Source: Vicugna vicugna (taxonomy: Eukaryota). Taken from it: a stretch of 64,000 nucleotides of DNA. The position numbers were made by a program, and so were the translations under genes. Shown piece by piece: positions 1-13,975 of this stretch (within the stretch, counting starts at the first letter, position 1; each line of letters starts with the position of its first letter). The notes under the pieces are model-generated. The model was not told the DNA's origin. It saw only the letters and a list, made by a program, of their open reading frames with translations, and did not search any database. The stretch is from NCBI GenBank assembly GCA_013265495.1, contig MU058153.1:1800001-1864000 (forward strand). The letters run 5' to 3'.

Positions 1-210
1 CTGGTACCTATTTGGGGCACCCTGTCTAAAGAGCTTACCTGAGAATAATGCCTACAGGCGAAAGCACAGCACGACAGAGAGACTGATTCCTGTCGGCATA
101 TTTTGGGGCACTTGAATCTTTTCAATGACATGAGTGAAAAAAAAATATCTTTTCAGCTGAAGCCATTTTGAACTAGGCTTTGGTTATTTGTAACTAAAAG
201 ACTCCTGACC
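1..210 (+). mobile_element. MaLR LTR (MLT1I/J/K-like), 3' part
   Basis: Ends with the typical MLT1 tail 'gctgaagccattttgaactaggctttggttatttgtaactaaaagactcctgac'. Confidence 0.6.
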
Positions 211-1214
211 ATTCTAAGCTCAATTGATTCAAATTTAAAACATACGGTAATGTGTTTTGAAACTAAAAACATATGGTAATATATTTTGTTGGTGGAATCA
301 TTCTGGTTCATTTCATAGATACAGGAAAATAATTTCAGATATAAAAACAGCATAATGTACTGTCTTTTTTCAAGTTTTTCTTGCTCCATACTGATAATGA
401 CACTGTATGTCAGTCACACTGGCCCAGTTTGTGCTGATTATGTTTTCTATCCTCAGTGAGAATGTTTTGTATTGTTTAAGACAACTGTATGCTTAAATCT
501 CTTGATAACATTAGGTCAACATCTTGAATAACGTAAAAAGAACAGTGAATTGATTGAAACAAGGAACCTGGGAGCAATTTAATTAAAAGCATTGGTAAAT
601 TTAAAAGATACTTGAAAAAAGAAAGTTGTAAGAGTAAAAAGGAAATTAGAATAAAATAAAGAGGAAAATAAAGAGGAGAATGGTAGCAAAAATCATTGTG
701 GTATTGAATGATGGAAACATTAGTGTAAACAAAGATATATGAAATTGATTCCTTTCAGTAGACTTGGACTTCAGGCCACCAAAGCATATTATTTGGGACA
801 AAACAATCATGTGTGGGTGACATATAACTGACCAGACCAAGTTAACATATATTGCCTCATGTTTAGTACAATAATTAGGTAGATTTTTTTTCCTCACTCA
901 CTTATAAGTCTATAAGAGTCTCTAAAACATAGTCAGAGGAAAGAAAGGTGTATGAAATGAGGATCTTAGGGATAGGGGTAGATTTTGGCTGAAGTGTTCA
1001 TTATGATTTCTTTCCCAATTTAAATCAGTCTGTGTACAGTTAATATTATGTTTGTGCCAGACACTGTTCTAGGATATTAATATGCAGGAATGTGAATACT
1101 TGGGTGCAGTTTTAGAACACCCTCATAGTTAGAAGCAGCCACAGGTTAAGAGGACATTAAAATAATTAGAGAAGTGCTTTATATTATATGCAGAACTACT
1201 TAGAAAAGAAATCT

Positions 1215-2950
1215 ATGTCGTAGCCTTAAAAAACAAACACCCACGTCTCCGTGGATTAAGGCAATCAAAGCGTTCACTTTCTTGCTCATGACACATATAC
1301 AACTTGGGTTAATGGAAGAGAGTAGGGAGCATCTGCATATTATTGTCGCAAAGGAAACCAGGCTGTAGAAACTTTATCTGAACATGTGCTTTCTCAATCA
1401 TCAAAGTCATATGAAGGGATACCCTGAAGTGCATGTTGGTTCTTACAGGCTGTAACTCACAGTACGATGTATTACTACTGTTCATGTTGCATTAAACTTA
1501 ACATCTAAAGGTACCTGGAAGGAGAAAAGTGGAAAATATTTTTGAACACCACTCACGGCTACCAATGTTCACCATTCTAGTCATCAAATATCTCGTTCTG
1601 TCTCCTTCCCATGAGATGCTCTCTCCCACTTACCAAGGGAGACAAAACAAATTCCATCCAGTCTTAGAATCAGCTAGTTCAATCTCCCTAGATGGTCCAC
1701 AGTACTCACAATAATAGGGGGTGATGGATAGTATTTCTCCATGTGAATCATCTTAATGGAGAAATTGGTGGACTGAAAAGTTAAATTGAAACCTATACAA
1801 CCAAAATATACTGTGGAAGAAATAACACCTACATTTACAAAGAAGAATAAAGGGTGACATGGCAGTCACTGATCTCACTGATCTGTATTAGTCTTAAATC
1901 CCGGACAGATGTTTCCAGAGTGGCTTATCCTACTGCAGAGAATAAACTTTTATTTGGGTCCATTTCTTCCTTAGGAGAGGTTCATCCATTCATTCTTTGT
2001 GGCTGTTGGCTCCTCTGAACTCAGATTTATTTTCTTTCTTTCTTTTTTTTTCTTTTTTCCTTTTCCTTTTTCTTTTTTATTTTCTGTTTCCGTAAGCTAC
2101 ATCTAGAGTGGGCTTTGGAGAAGATGACCTTTTCGAGGGTTAAGCGACTTCCTTACTTAGCTCACTGTGGCATGAATGTTTGGTGACTAAGCTATCATCA
2201 CAATTCTTCTCAGACAGTTACATTCTCTTTTAATCCATACTGGCAGTACTTTAGCAACATAAATCTCTGAGCAGAGTTCAGGTATCTCCATGTGCCTATA
2301 GTCATGCCAACAGTTCTTTTATAGATAAACATTTTAGACTCTGTGTGTCCTATGTGTTCAACACATAACTTTCTACCTGCATTTCTTTTTCTTTCTCATT
2401 TTAGTCCTTTTGGCTTTGGTGGAAGAGCTATATTTAGTTTCTTTTTTCTTGAGCTATTTTGTTAGTTGGGATTCAGAAATTACTTTTTCATATCAGTAAA
2501 TCCCTCTATTTTTTAATCTCCTCTCTTCTAGTTCTTCTTGCAAATTGACCCATTCTTTTCTGAATTCACGTCATTTATTTAATACCCTACCAATTGCAAG
2601 TGGCAGCAATCACCACATGCTATCAAAGCTCTCTTTCCCAGCATTTTACCTTTGGGCTAAAATTTGTTAAGTACTTCCTTTCAAGTTATTGTAAGTCAAG
2701 GTTTCACTACAAGCCAGTAGACAATATGGACTAGCATCCTTTCAGTCTCCAAAAACTATTCTTCACTGCTTTCTTTCTGCCCCTTAAGCTAGAACCATCT
2801 ATTTTTGGTGTTTATTTTTATTTATTTATTTATTTTGGCAGCTCCTCATCTCCAGTACCAACTTAGATAAATCACTATACATTAGATTATGCTGTAGTGA
2901 AAAGCAATCCAGAGTCTCAGTGGGTCAAATACCAATGGTTTATTTCTCAG
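1215..2950 (-). mobile_element. MaLR provirus remnant: MLT1J/K-like LTR (~1215-1570), MLT-int (~1570-2865) and a partial second LTR (~2866-2950)
   Basis: LTR end 'gtggaaaatatttttgaacaccactcacggctacca'. Internal region starts 'cattctagtcatcaaatatc' and ends 'ccagtaccaa'. It is followed by a second LTR end 'tagattatgctgtagtgaaaagcaatccagagtctcagtgg...ggtttatttctc'. Confidence 0.6.
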
Positions 2951-3074
2951 GGAATTTCTGAATTTCTTCTGGAATACTAAACTATTCTGGAAACAAACAG
3001 AATAATTGACTATTCTGGAAGTAATTTAGAAATATTTGTGCATAGACACACATTTACATATACACCTGGACTCC

Positions 3075-3950
3075 ATATATACTAATAAATTTGAAAATGT
3101 GGATGAAATACATATGTTTCTAAGAAAGTATAGATTTTATGTTTGAACTAAAAAGAGTTAGAGAGCCTAGCTATGCAAATAATTATAGAAAAATTGAGAC
3201 GAACAATTTTATAATTATAATGCTGGGTTTGCAAAGATCCTTCTAAACCTGAATAGCACAAAACATAAAAGCCAAAAGAAAAATACAGTTTAACAAACAA
3301 ATGAGTAGAAGTTTGTAAGGCAAATCTATCATAACCAAAGTTGACAGATATATGAGGAACCAATTCAACTGATCTCTAGACATAAAAAATATGGTCATAT
3401 TAATTAGCATAAACATATGAAATTTTCACCTCTCAGATTAGTGATTGCAATTAAAGTAATTGAAAATATTCTTTGCTAAAAAGATTGTAGACACATAGAC
3501 ATTGCCTTATATAGTATAATATATATGAAAGGTACAAATTTTCTGCAGAGTGATCTGTTTAAACAAGTGGTCTACAAATTTACTATATGGTAGCAATTAG
3601 GCAAGTGTGAAGCAATGTATGCAAAGAATGTCATTGTAGAAAAAGGCTTATTCATAATAGTACAATTTTGGAATAAATGAAAGAGTAAAAAGCCAAATAA
3701 ACCTAAATGGGTATCAGTAAGTCTTAGCAGATCCATAAAAGTGCATGCAACCATTGAATCTTATTAAATAGAATATATATCTTGCTTTAGAAAGATGTAC
3801 TGATGTGAAGATGCTACAAAAAGCAATTCTGTAGAACATTGTATTAACAATTCTTATTCCTTGGTGGTATGATTAATTATCTTTTTCATCAACTGTTACA
3901 TAAATCTCCACTTTTTAAAAAAATTTTTTTCCTGAATTTTTAAAAACAAG
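3075..3950 (+). mobile_element. Old L1M(E) LINE fragments
   Basis: Degenerate ORF2 and 3'UTR motifs: 'ataaatttgaaaatgtggatgaaat', 'gcaaagaatgtcattgtag...ttattcataatag...acctaaatg'. Confidence 0.55.
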
Positions 3951-4999
3951 CACAGCCAAAGCCAATCAATAATATGGAGGGGAAAAGGGTTTTTATTTAT
4001 AAATGTGCTGCCCCAGTGCCAAGTAGAAAATAAGAAGCATTAATATTATTGATAAGTGGAAGTGAAATGAACAAATAGGAACACAAAATGTGAATACTAT
4101 GCTGTGAGAGTATTTCGCAAATTCACCCATCCTTACCACCAAAGCTATTGGCAAGATACTAAAGGAATATTATCTTATTTCACTTAAGGCTTAATTTTTG
4201 AGTCAACAATGCCTTTCTTTAATCTAGGATATTTGATTATCTATGGAATGCACTGAATTTTTTAAATTGCTAAATAAGTATGTTTATTATTAAATCACAG
4301 CATATAGTTCGTGCCTCTGGATGTTGGGCCTTCTTTCCTTTTAACTAGCCCTATGTGATTTTCATTGGAAACAAATGATTGTTCATGCATTCAAAGGGCA
4401 ATGAGCAATTAGAACCTAATTGATCCAACTGAGCATCTGATTTCAGCCTTGTGTGAAGAAAATGGTCTCGAAGTAATGTCTTTTCCATCAGCAATTTCAT
4501 CTGATTCAGAACATTTTCCCAAACATGAGAGTGGTATTGAGCTGAATGAGAGTTAACTATTATACTCACACTAAAATCTTATCTGTTTCTCAGATATTTT
4601 AAATATGCATTTGCCATTCTACATAAAATATCGACAAATTAAATAATGATAAGTTATGTTTACATTTTTGGTACATTCCAAATGGTATGCATTTTCTTAT
4701 TTTTCATCTCATATATGTCTTTGTAGTTTGGAATTAAATATTTTGATAGGACAGATCTTCTTCACTTCAGAAGATAGTTACTGAGTTTCTGATAAACTTA
4801 GGAAATGCAATGTTGACTAAGGCAATTCTCTTCCATTGATATAGAGAAACAAATAAAAGTTTAATAAGAAATTGTGATAATTAATTGGCAATAACTGGGA
4901 AAATGGCAGTAGGTCCTAGAAGTAGGGAAGAATCCACATGGACAGGCCATAGCTTTGAAAAGTAAAGAACACTTGAGCAACGTCATGCTACTTATAAAC

Positions 5000-5227
5000 G
5001 ACTAGTCATTGACTGTCTTCTAAGTGGCAGATGCTTTACATGAATTATTTCTAATCTTTGTCATATTTAATAGGTATTATCATAATTTTCTTGATAAAGG
5101 AATAAAAACTTACAGAAGTGAAGAAATTTCCTGAAGCTCATAGCTATTCTGTTAAAAAAGCCAGAGTTTGAACTCAGGAATCTCTCTCTCTAAAGCCACT
5201 GTTTCTCAATCTCCATCCCGCTACACC
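5000..5227 (-). mobile_element. MIR SINE
   Basis: 'gctttacatgaattatttctaatc...aggtattatc...gaagtgaagaaatttcctgaagctcatagcta...gagtttgaactcagg' matches antisense MIR. Confidence 0.7.
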
Positions 5228-5946
5228 AAACTGCTTCACTTATAGGACAAAGGAGGGCAAACTCAACGGCCATGTGGCATTTCAGAGAGAGGTAACAGTT
5301 GCACTAAGTTATCGAAGTGTGAAACCACAATGAAGTTGTCTGGAGTTTGCCACAGGTGCAGGAGAGCCGAAGAAATAGGGCTTGGAAACTTCCATAGGGA
5401 TGAAAACATAGAGGGAATGGTGGATACTAAGAGGTTTGGAATTTTTCCCTCAGTAATGAGGAACTATTGAATAAGTTAAACAAGGGAATAACTTTGAGCA
5501 TTGGAAAGCTCATAAATTAGAGAGAGTTCCTGGTGCAATCTTTGAGGAACTCACCTGATGAGCTAATATTAAGAAGGATAACATGGAATAAATAGGAAGA
5601 ATCAAAAGTATTAAGATGATGTATGAGGAAAGAGGGAAGTTAACAAAGGTACAATGAAAAGTGGGGGGAAAATATGAAACTCGCCTTAGACCAACGTCGA
5701 GTAATCACTAATGTGTCATTTGGGTACACTGACGTTCAGAAAGGTCTGCCATTATTTTCATTTAAACACAAATTTTCCAGTTGTATAAAGTCCACTTGAA
5801 TTAAATGGAATGATAAACTTATCTGTGGTTCAAAAATACATTGTGCTAAATGCAGATAAAAAATTAAAGAGGATATATGAGTGTCAATTGCGCTATGTTT
5901 TCTCCAAACCTCTATCTGTTCTACTCTAGCCAAAAGTGTCCTTCCT

Positions 5947-5949
<3 letters not shown>

Positions 5950-5985
<36 letters not shown>
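5950..5985. repeat. (AT)n microsatellite
   Basis: Perfect AT run read directly. Confidence 0.95.
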
Positions 5986-5987
<2 letters not shown>

Positions 5988-6384
5988 ACTGGTTGGATTC
6001 TATTATTCAAAACCATGAAGTACATATTGAATAGGCAGTATCTGCTAGGGATGGGGAATCACAGCTGCATAAGAAATATAACCCTCTTTGAAAGATTTCA
6101 CATCCTCACAGAGCATCAGACTTATGAGCAAATTACAGTATAAAGCACTGATCGAAGTAATAGATAAGAGAGACTAGTAGAATAGTGTAAGTAGTAGTTT
6201 GCACTGTCTGGAGCAACAAAGAGGCTACAGAGAAGAGAAGACACTTGTTTTGAAGAATATGTTTTGAAGAATGTGCAGGAACCAAGGAATGGAAGGTCCC
6301 TGCATGGCCTCCATACTAGAGGAGGTCTTCATCCTCCTCCACCTTTTCCTAACCAAGGTTTTTAATTAAAAAATATATATATAT

Positions 6385-6415
<31 letters not shown>

Positions 6416-6829
6416 TATACAGACATATATATTTATATCTCATCTTTTTCTGAACTTCAGTTCACGGGCTCGGCCACTGCTTTCTGGAGTCTATATTTAC
6501 TTCTGTGCTGTAATAGTTCTTTATATGGTCAGCATTGATCACCTGATTAGAAATATGTTGATTCTTGCCCTTTTTTTTAACCTTTGACCCCTCTTTGACA
6601 TTTGGTGTTGTTTATTGCTCTTTGTCTCTCTTGTCCCTTGGTTTCTATTGCCCTTCTATTTTGTGGTTCTTTATTTTTCTGACGACTTTTTGTTTTTCCA
6701 CTGAATCATGAACTTAATTCTGTAAAAATAACTCTTCCACACTGATCAGTTTTTAACCTTTCTTTTCTTTCTTAATTAAGGACAATAATCAATTACAAGT
6801 CATTCGTAAATTGTGAATCCTTTAGTTCA

Positions 6830-8215
6830 TAACTATAATAAATAGATAAAGAAAGAAATGGTAGAGGAGGGAGGGCTCTTGCTTACAGTAGAATGTCAAA
6901 TGCAAACTGGTAAATTTGGAGAGGGTGGTAGATTTCACTTCCAAGCATCATTCAAAGATTGGTTCAGTCAAGAACCATCAATGGATGTTAAATTTAGGAG
7001 AGAGGAGGTTTGATAAGAAGCATGATATTTGCAAGGTTTTAAAGTATTTTCCTATAAACTTTTTATTAGTAGCAAGAAAAAAAAACAGTAACAATATAGT
7101 GGAAGGCCAGACATTTTGATTGGGTGATTAAAATTAACAAAAAAAAATAAAAGGCAAGCCCCATGAGAAAAACCCAAATTGGGGGATGTTCTGCAACATA
7201 GTTGACTGGCACTCTTTAAAATGGTCCAAGTCATGAAAAGCTAGGAAAGACTGAGAAGCTGACACTACTCAGTACAGATTAAGGTGACATGGTGACTAAA
7301 TTGATTGTACCATCTTCGTCTGGCTCCTTGGAACAGAAAAGACGTTAGTGGAAAATCTGGTGAAATTCAAAAGAATCTGCAGTTAATGTAGTAGTAAATA
7401 ACAGACGTTACTTAGTTCTGGGGGAAGAGGATATGGAGACTCTCTGTACTATCTCTGAAATCTTTCTGTAACTCTAGAATGATTCCAGATTAAAAGTTGA
7501 TTAAGAATAGAGGAGGAGGAGGAGGGCAGGTAGACTTTGTGTGCCTTCAGCTGTGGCAGCCTGAGGACACAATATCACTTACATAGTTTTCCAGCTGGGA
7601 ACACCTAACCTGAACTAACTGTAAAGAAACATCAGACACAAAATGAACAGCACTTTTTATTAAGAAAAAACATTGCACTATTCAGAGCAGTCTGACAGAT
7701 TCAAAACTGTCTGTGTCACAAAAGACAAAGAAATGCTGAGAGAGTATCCGAGATTAAAGGAGATTAAAAGGCATAGCAACTAAATGCAATATGGGCTCTT
7801 AGATTGGCTTCTGTATTGGAAGGAAAACAGTTCTATAAAGGGTATTAGTGGTTCAGCTGAAAAAAAAAGAAATATGGATGATAGACTAGGAAAATACATT
7901 GTATCATGTTTAAATTTAATTAAGATGACAACTGTGCTGTATTTATGTACAAGAATATCCTATTCTAAGGAAATACACACTGAGGTATTTAGAGGTAAAG
8001 GGACATGATGTATATCTCAAACTCAATTCTTCAGAAAAAATAAATATTATGTGAATATACATACATGTATATATATGAGAGAGAGAGAGAGAAAGAAAAT
8101 GGGGGCGCATATTGGTAAATGTTGTATCTGGATAAAAACACATGAATGTTCTTTTTACATTTCTTGTAACTCTTTTATATGTTGGAAAATTTCTAGCATT
8201 TATACCTTTTAGAAA
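6830..8215 (+). mobile_element. L1MC/L1MD/L1ME-type 3'UTR fragments, at least two nested or adjacent
   Basis: Two copies of the L1M 3'UTR motif ('gattaaggtgacatggtgactaaat' at ~7277, 'gattaaaaggcatagcaactaaatgcaa' at ~7762), plus 'gaaatacacactgaggtatttagaggtaaagg'. Confidence 0.65.
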
Positions 8216-10144
8216 GAAACAAGTTTCTTCTAAGGAAGGCACCACAACTAATACTTGAAGTAGAGTGATTATTGTAATAAAGTTTTTAAGCTGGAAGGAG
8301 CTCCCTAAAGCTTAAAGAACATATTTTTCTTGTTTGCATTTCCAGAGCTTTGAATGGTGTTTGGGAAATAAAAGATGTTCAAAATTGACCCACTGAAGAA
8401 ATGAATAGATGAATGAATGCTGTTAGGGGCAACATCGAGAATTGGTAGTATCAGCTGACTGACAGATGGGAGACTAGCTTTTCCCTTCCTTGAATAAGTA
8501 TTTTGAGGAGGTAGAATCTTATAATACTGTGTCTAAATCCATGGAATAAACAGTACTGGCAACTTTATGACCCCAGCTTAATCAAAGGCTTGACCTTTCC
8601 TTCCATCGCCACTACTAAAGGACCCTTGGTGTTTGTGACTGTGATTTAAACATTTACAAAAGAAAAAAAAATGGGATTTAGTCCTAAGTAAATTTAAGGA
8701 GATAGGAATTTCAGGCTCCACATCCTACCCTAGTTTCTTCTGCCACAATGCTTTAGGAATGTAGCTAAAAATCTTGTAAGTTTTCTGTTTGGTTTCTTCA
8801 TCAATGGGCCAACTCATTGTTCATACATGGAAGAAGACATGGAGATTCTTTTACTTCAAGTTTGTAAACATAGCAAAGTAACTGAAAAACTGGGGAAAAA
8901 AGATAGAGATAATTTGAGGCAATACAGGTTTAAATAGAAAAAATTGCCTCATCTCATAAATGTTTAAAATGTGTGGGCACATGACCTTCTGCTTTGAATA
9001 CAAAAAGAATGCATGTTTCTTGTGTATATATGTGTGTGTGTATAATATATATATATGTATGTATGTATACATCTTCCTGAGATGTTCTTATTTTAGCTTA
9101 ATGTCTTCAAATCTACTTAACCACTGTTTAAATGGGTTTGGCATGTACAGAATCTCTTACTAAGATTTATATTGGGCACTTAACAAAGGATTAAAGACCA
9201 ATGAATCCTCAGATAGCCACAGTACTACTTTTCTTAGTGTCTTTCCTAAAGAGGAACACAGATAAACAGGTATTTGTCTGAGTAATCTAAATGAAAAACA
9301 CAATTTTATTCTCCTTTTCCTCTAAGAAAATTCCAATATAAGCAGTTGGTGGGTTTTCCATTTTGGTAACTGTTCTGTAATGGAATTTTTAAAAGCTGAA
9401 ACAGAAATTTAGGCCTTTTTTTTTATAGCTCCCTTAGTGCTCAAGGTATCTGCTTATCAAAGTGGTTTTCAAAGTGATGAGTTAAATACTAGCGAAGAAG
9501 TGACTGGCGGAAACAAAGCTTTTAGCGTTGAGACAGAATGCAAAATTGTGAGCCTTGCTGGTGCCTGTGTATTAGCATAGAGCTGGGAGTTGAGGCTACA
9601 TTTCAGAACCCTGGGCAAATCCTTTTACAATTCTGTGCATCGATTAATGGATTGGTGTGCTGAAGTTTTCAATGTTGTCTTAATTAATATTTGCACTGTA
9701 TTCTGGGGCCCTTGCGGGAACTTCTCTGCAGGAGTAAAAAGTCTGTTTTATGTGGGAGGAAAAAAGACAAAGTTAAGTTAAAGGGAAAGGATTCTCTTTT
9801 TCTATCACACAGATTATCTTTTTCTCTGGAAGACAAAGTTTGAGTAAATGGCAGTGGGGAATAAGCACACTTTTTATTTCTTCAGAATAGTCCGGCATGT
9901 TGCCATACACATTACAACTGCACTGGAGGAGTTTGGAAAACCCAAAGACGATGCCAGAAAGAATCACAAAGGTGGGTAATGGCAGAAAAAAAAAAAAAAA
10001 ACTAAATAGATGAAGTATTAGAAGAAAATGAGAAAAAACAGATAAACATTTTGATAGTATTCAAATACATGTTGGCTATAAAATTCAGATGATGTGGGCA
10101 GGCTATGTTTAGCTTGGATGTTAGGCTTAGAGAGAAACTGAAGC

Positions 10145-10490
10145 TATCAGGTAGGCTCTGTGTTTGACTGTAACGGAGACCACAATACCAAAAAAAAAAA
10201 AAAAAAAAAAAAAGAAAAAGAAAGAAAAGTGGGTTTAAACAAATTATAGGTTTTATTTTTTGTGTTTTCTCACTCCCAGAAAAGTTCAGTACTTCTATGA
10301 TGGCTCAATAGAGACAGAGTTTCTTCCCATCTTTCTGTTGTAGAATCCTTTCTGTGTGCTTTTCCTATTGAAAGTCATCTTATGGCACAAAATACCTGCT
10401 GGACTGTAGTTACCTAGGCTGTATTTTAGGTCAAAAATAAGAAGAAAAAAGGAAAAGGCAAAAAAGTGTATTTCTGGAAATTCCACTTAA
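10145..10490 (-). mobile_element. MLT1K/L-like LTR with internal A-rich run
   Basis: 'tgtttgactgtaacggagacc...gtgggtttaaacaa...ggttttatttt...tggcacaaaatacctgctg'. The A-run lies at ~10190-10228. Confidence 0.5.
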
Positions 10491-10537
10491 TTTTTTTTTT
10501 GTTTATACTTAGCAGACTCCCCTTTTTCAAGTGAAAT

Positions 10538-10576
10538 ATGTGTGTGTGTGTGTGTGTGTGTGTGTTTGTGTGTGTG
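10538..10576. repeat. (TG)n microsatellite
   Basis: TG run with one interruption. Confidence 0.95.
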
Positions 10577-12092
10577 AGTACACCAGATATGTGACTTTCA
10601 GAGCAATACTGACCTTAAATTGGTGTAAGTTAAAGTCCTTGAGGAAACACTGAGATGTCTTGAGATAACATGAAAGAATATATCCAACATGTAGAGGAAT
10701 AAGGAAAAATTGCAGCCTCTGGACCTCCTCTAATATCTCATGATTCGCTGATGCTGTGTGTGAACTTCTTGCGGGACATACACGGTACATGTTCCCAAAG
10801 TTTCCAGTGAGCTCTTAGTCTTTGCCAGTCTCTTACTCATTTTTACACAGTAATGTGACTCTAGGGGTGAGAGAAGACTCTTGATCCAAAGAATCTCTAT
10901 TTTTGCCATTTCTTCTAGCCTTTCACCGTTAGCCACCATCAGAACCCAGATAATGTTCCCTGTTAGGTATCCATTCTTTTCAGTTTAAATGATCGTTGTA
11001 ACTGCAGCTGCAGCTTCAGGGGCTACTGTGCAGGCACTGGGTTAAAAAGTGATGGCTAAAGATACATAAAAGGTGTTCCTTGAACTCAGAGTGATGGATA
11101 AAAATATGTTTACAGAAAAATAAAGTCAAAGGTTTTAAGCACTATACTTTTTTTAAGCGCTATACTTTTTAAAAGCGTCAAGGATACAGAGGAATTATAT
11201 CTGAGATACAGTTAGGAGCTCGAAAACCTAAGAATATTTTCCCTGTGAGAAGAAATACTTTAAGCAGTTAGTAGTTGTAACCAGTTTTGATAGCACCATA
11301 GAGCAGATATTTTGGCGTTTCCAGCTTAGCTGAACTGAAAACACTGCCTGGAAATATTTATCATAGTTGGAAGGAATGGAGGGGCTCAGGCACAATGGAT
11401 ATAATTTTGGTGAACTAGGCTAGATCACAGATTTGATGACTGATGAAACTTGTATCAAGAATATCTGTTTTTGTTTTTGTTTTATTTTGTTTTCTGAAAT
11501 GCCAATAAACGGTGACAGTACGTACACGGGAATGTCTAAAGTCGGGCTATGTAGGTCCCCACTGATTCCTACTACTAACTTACACAGAACCTCCAAATCT
11601 GGTGGTCTTGGAAGTACACACGGAATGGTGTATTTGGGAAAAGTGAGTATCATTGCCTTTTTATACTCCTAGCACCTGTAGCAAGTAATGACTTACACAT
11701 CTGTTCAAAACAATGATTCTTGTGTTCAGCAACTCACGTCACCCCCAACCTTGAAATTGTTGTGTCAGCACACAGACTGTCCCTCCTTATCTCTGCCCAC
11801 AGCAGGGCTTAGGTCTTAACATCTATTTCACACAGCTTACTGTGTAGGTAAAAGATGAAAGAAAAAAATGATTGGATGCATGAGAGAATTGAAGGAGGAT
11901 GTCTTGAAGGTTTATAACCTTCTCCTAATCCTGACTCTGATACCAGGAACATAATTGTGCAATGAAGTAAAAAGACATTCTACATCCGATGTATGTGGAA
12001 GAAGCCGGCAAGATCACCATATGGAGTAAATATATTGAGACAAGTAGAAACCACACACTAAGTGGTAGGTTTTTCTTAAGTTTAAAAAAAAA

Positions 12093-12394
12093 TTTTTTTT
12101 AATGGAAGTGTAGTTGGTTTACAGTGTTGTGTTACTTTCTGATGTACAGCATAGTGATTCAGTTACATATACATATATTCTTTTTCATATTCTTTCTTCA
12201 TTATTTAGGTTATTACAAGATATTGAATATAGTTCCCTGTGCCACACAGAAGGACCTTGTTGTTTATCTATTTTATATGTAGTAGTTTGTATCTGCTAAT
12301 CCCAAACTCCTAATTTATCTCCCTCCCCCACTTTCTCCTTTGGTAACCGTGCATTTGTTTTCTGTGTCTGTGAATCTCTTTGTTTTGTAAGAAG
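12093..12394 (-). mobile_element. Cetartiodactyl-type L1 3' end, 5'-truncated
   Basis: T-run, then 'gaagtgtagttggtttacagtgttgtg...gtacagcatagtgattcag...caagatattgaatatagttccctgtgc...ctgctaatcccaaactcctaatttatc'. Confidence 0.85.
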
Positions 12395-13029
12395 CAGTTT
12401 TTCAAATAAGTATATAATAAGTATTTATATTTAACCCTAACCTTTAAACCTTATATTGTTTCAGAAGAATCAAATGTGTCTTGTATAATTAAATTAATAT
12501 AAAATTATACATAAGAAAGTTTAGAGGTGATCAAAGAAAAGTAGTGAGAATAACTTATTCCACACACCCTAGATAAGATAGTAGTGATGTCTGTTTTTTT
12601 GGCTCAAAATGAAAATAGGTTTTATTTTTTGTTGTTATTGTTAAAGCAGTGGTACTTATTAAAATTTCAGGAAATAAAGAAAAAGCTCTAAAGAAGAAAG
12701 CGAGAATTAACCAAAATAGTAATGGCTAAAAGATTATTAAGTATTAGAAAATATTAAAATGATTATTCATGTTTTATTTTATTTCCTAACACACTTTTCT
12801 AAACACACACATGTACACACAGCATGTTATTTTTTACTCAGTGCTATGTTGTAAATATAGCTTCATGTCAATAAATAAATATAGTTACAGGTTTTAACTT
12901 TAATTACTGCATTCTAGCTCTTTGTGTAAATGTATTATATACCTATATATCTAATCCTCAACTTTCATAATTTAAATTGTTCTTAATTATTAAATTTTAA
13001 ATCAAACTCAGTATATATCCTAGGGTAGC

Positions 13030-13756
13030 CACATAGTCAGTGATTAATTGCAGAAATGAGAAAGCTCTGAGCTTTTATCAAAATTGTTGGCCTGGCTGGA
13101 AGAGTGAGTTCTAGACTGCGCTTGCAGGAAAGATTTCTAGAACAATTCCATGAACAGGGTCACCAGGAAAACGGCCATTTTTCCCACAGTTTGGAAGGCT
13201 GGCCATCAGGAAGCAGTCTTTGGAACTCTTTTAACTCCAAGAGGACAATGCCTTGTGATCTACGGATCATGAAACTTTTGACCCAAGGAATGGGACAAAA
13301 GCGATCATCTCCAGAATCAGAAAGCTGCTGCTACCATCTCAACCTCTGGTCCCAGGATGATTCTCTGGGCTGGGATCCAGGTATCAGGAAGCTCTGGCAC
13401 AGGGTACGTGGACTCAGAGCTTTGCCACACTGTAAGGATTGCACTGGCAAAGTGGACATCGTGGAACTTGACACCCATGAAGCTAGTGATGGATCCTTGG
13501 CCGCTGCCATGAGAAATCCCATGCTCCCACGGTGTATTTGCCAGTGGAACATGGAAAGAACAGCTAAGTAGCCTATACAGGAATCCTGTCCGCCAGACTT
13601 CATGGGAGTGTGCCCGAGTGAATGAACCTAAGACACACCAGGAACCCCAGCTTCCAGTGAATTTGTCAAATGTGTTCGAGCTTTCGCGATTCTTCTGTAA
13701 AGGAAGATCCAGGAAAAGTGTGGAATGGAGGCTGAGGGTCAATCCGTTCTATTACT
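13030..13756 (-). mobile_element. Ancient ERVL-class LTR (LTR33/LTR79-like)
   Basis: Begins 'tagtcagtgattaattgcagaaatgagaaa', contains 'gaagctgctgctacc'-type repeats, and ends 'aacctaagacacacc...cccagcttccag...ggaatggaggctgag'. It is a GC-balanced island in AT-rich L1 DNA. Confidence 0.45.
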
Positions 13757-13784
13757 AAAATGACCTGGTTGTGAAAACTTTCTC

Positions 13785-13975
13785 TGGAGATAGGCGGCCT
13801 GATTTCAAAGTCACAACTATTGTGACATTGAGCAAGTCATTTAACTTCTATTATCCTGAGATTCCTCAGCTTTCAAATCAGGATAATAATACATAAAAAT
13901 CATTCATAAGGTTTTATGATAATTAAGTTAGATGATTATATATGATAAACTCAAAAATGTTAGCCATTGTTATCA
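13785..13975 (+). mobile_element. MIR SINE
   Basis: 'tgtgacattgagcaagtcatttaacttc...ttcctcagctttcaaatcaggataataata'. Confidence 0.7.

Noticed and set aside
5555..5562. CTGATGAG hammerhead core motif (also at ~40056 and ~46693)
   Set aside because: No stem II followed by GAAA and no cleavage-site helices.
11133..11170. Short tandem duplication 'ttttaagc(a/g)ctatacttt' x2, with a similar case at 6246-6272
   Set aside because: Ordinary slippage inside L2 remnants with no spacers, so not CRISPR-like.
13104..13742. Longest ORF (155 aa, +) and the overlapping 141-aa and 90-aa minus ORFs
   Set aside because: The longest starts at GTG, none has a recognisable domain, there is no convincing splice context, and the region looks like an ancient ERVL LTR whose higher GC makes open frames likely.
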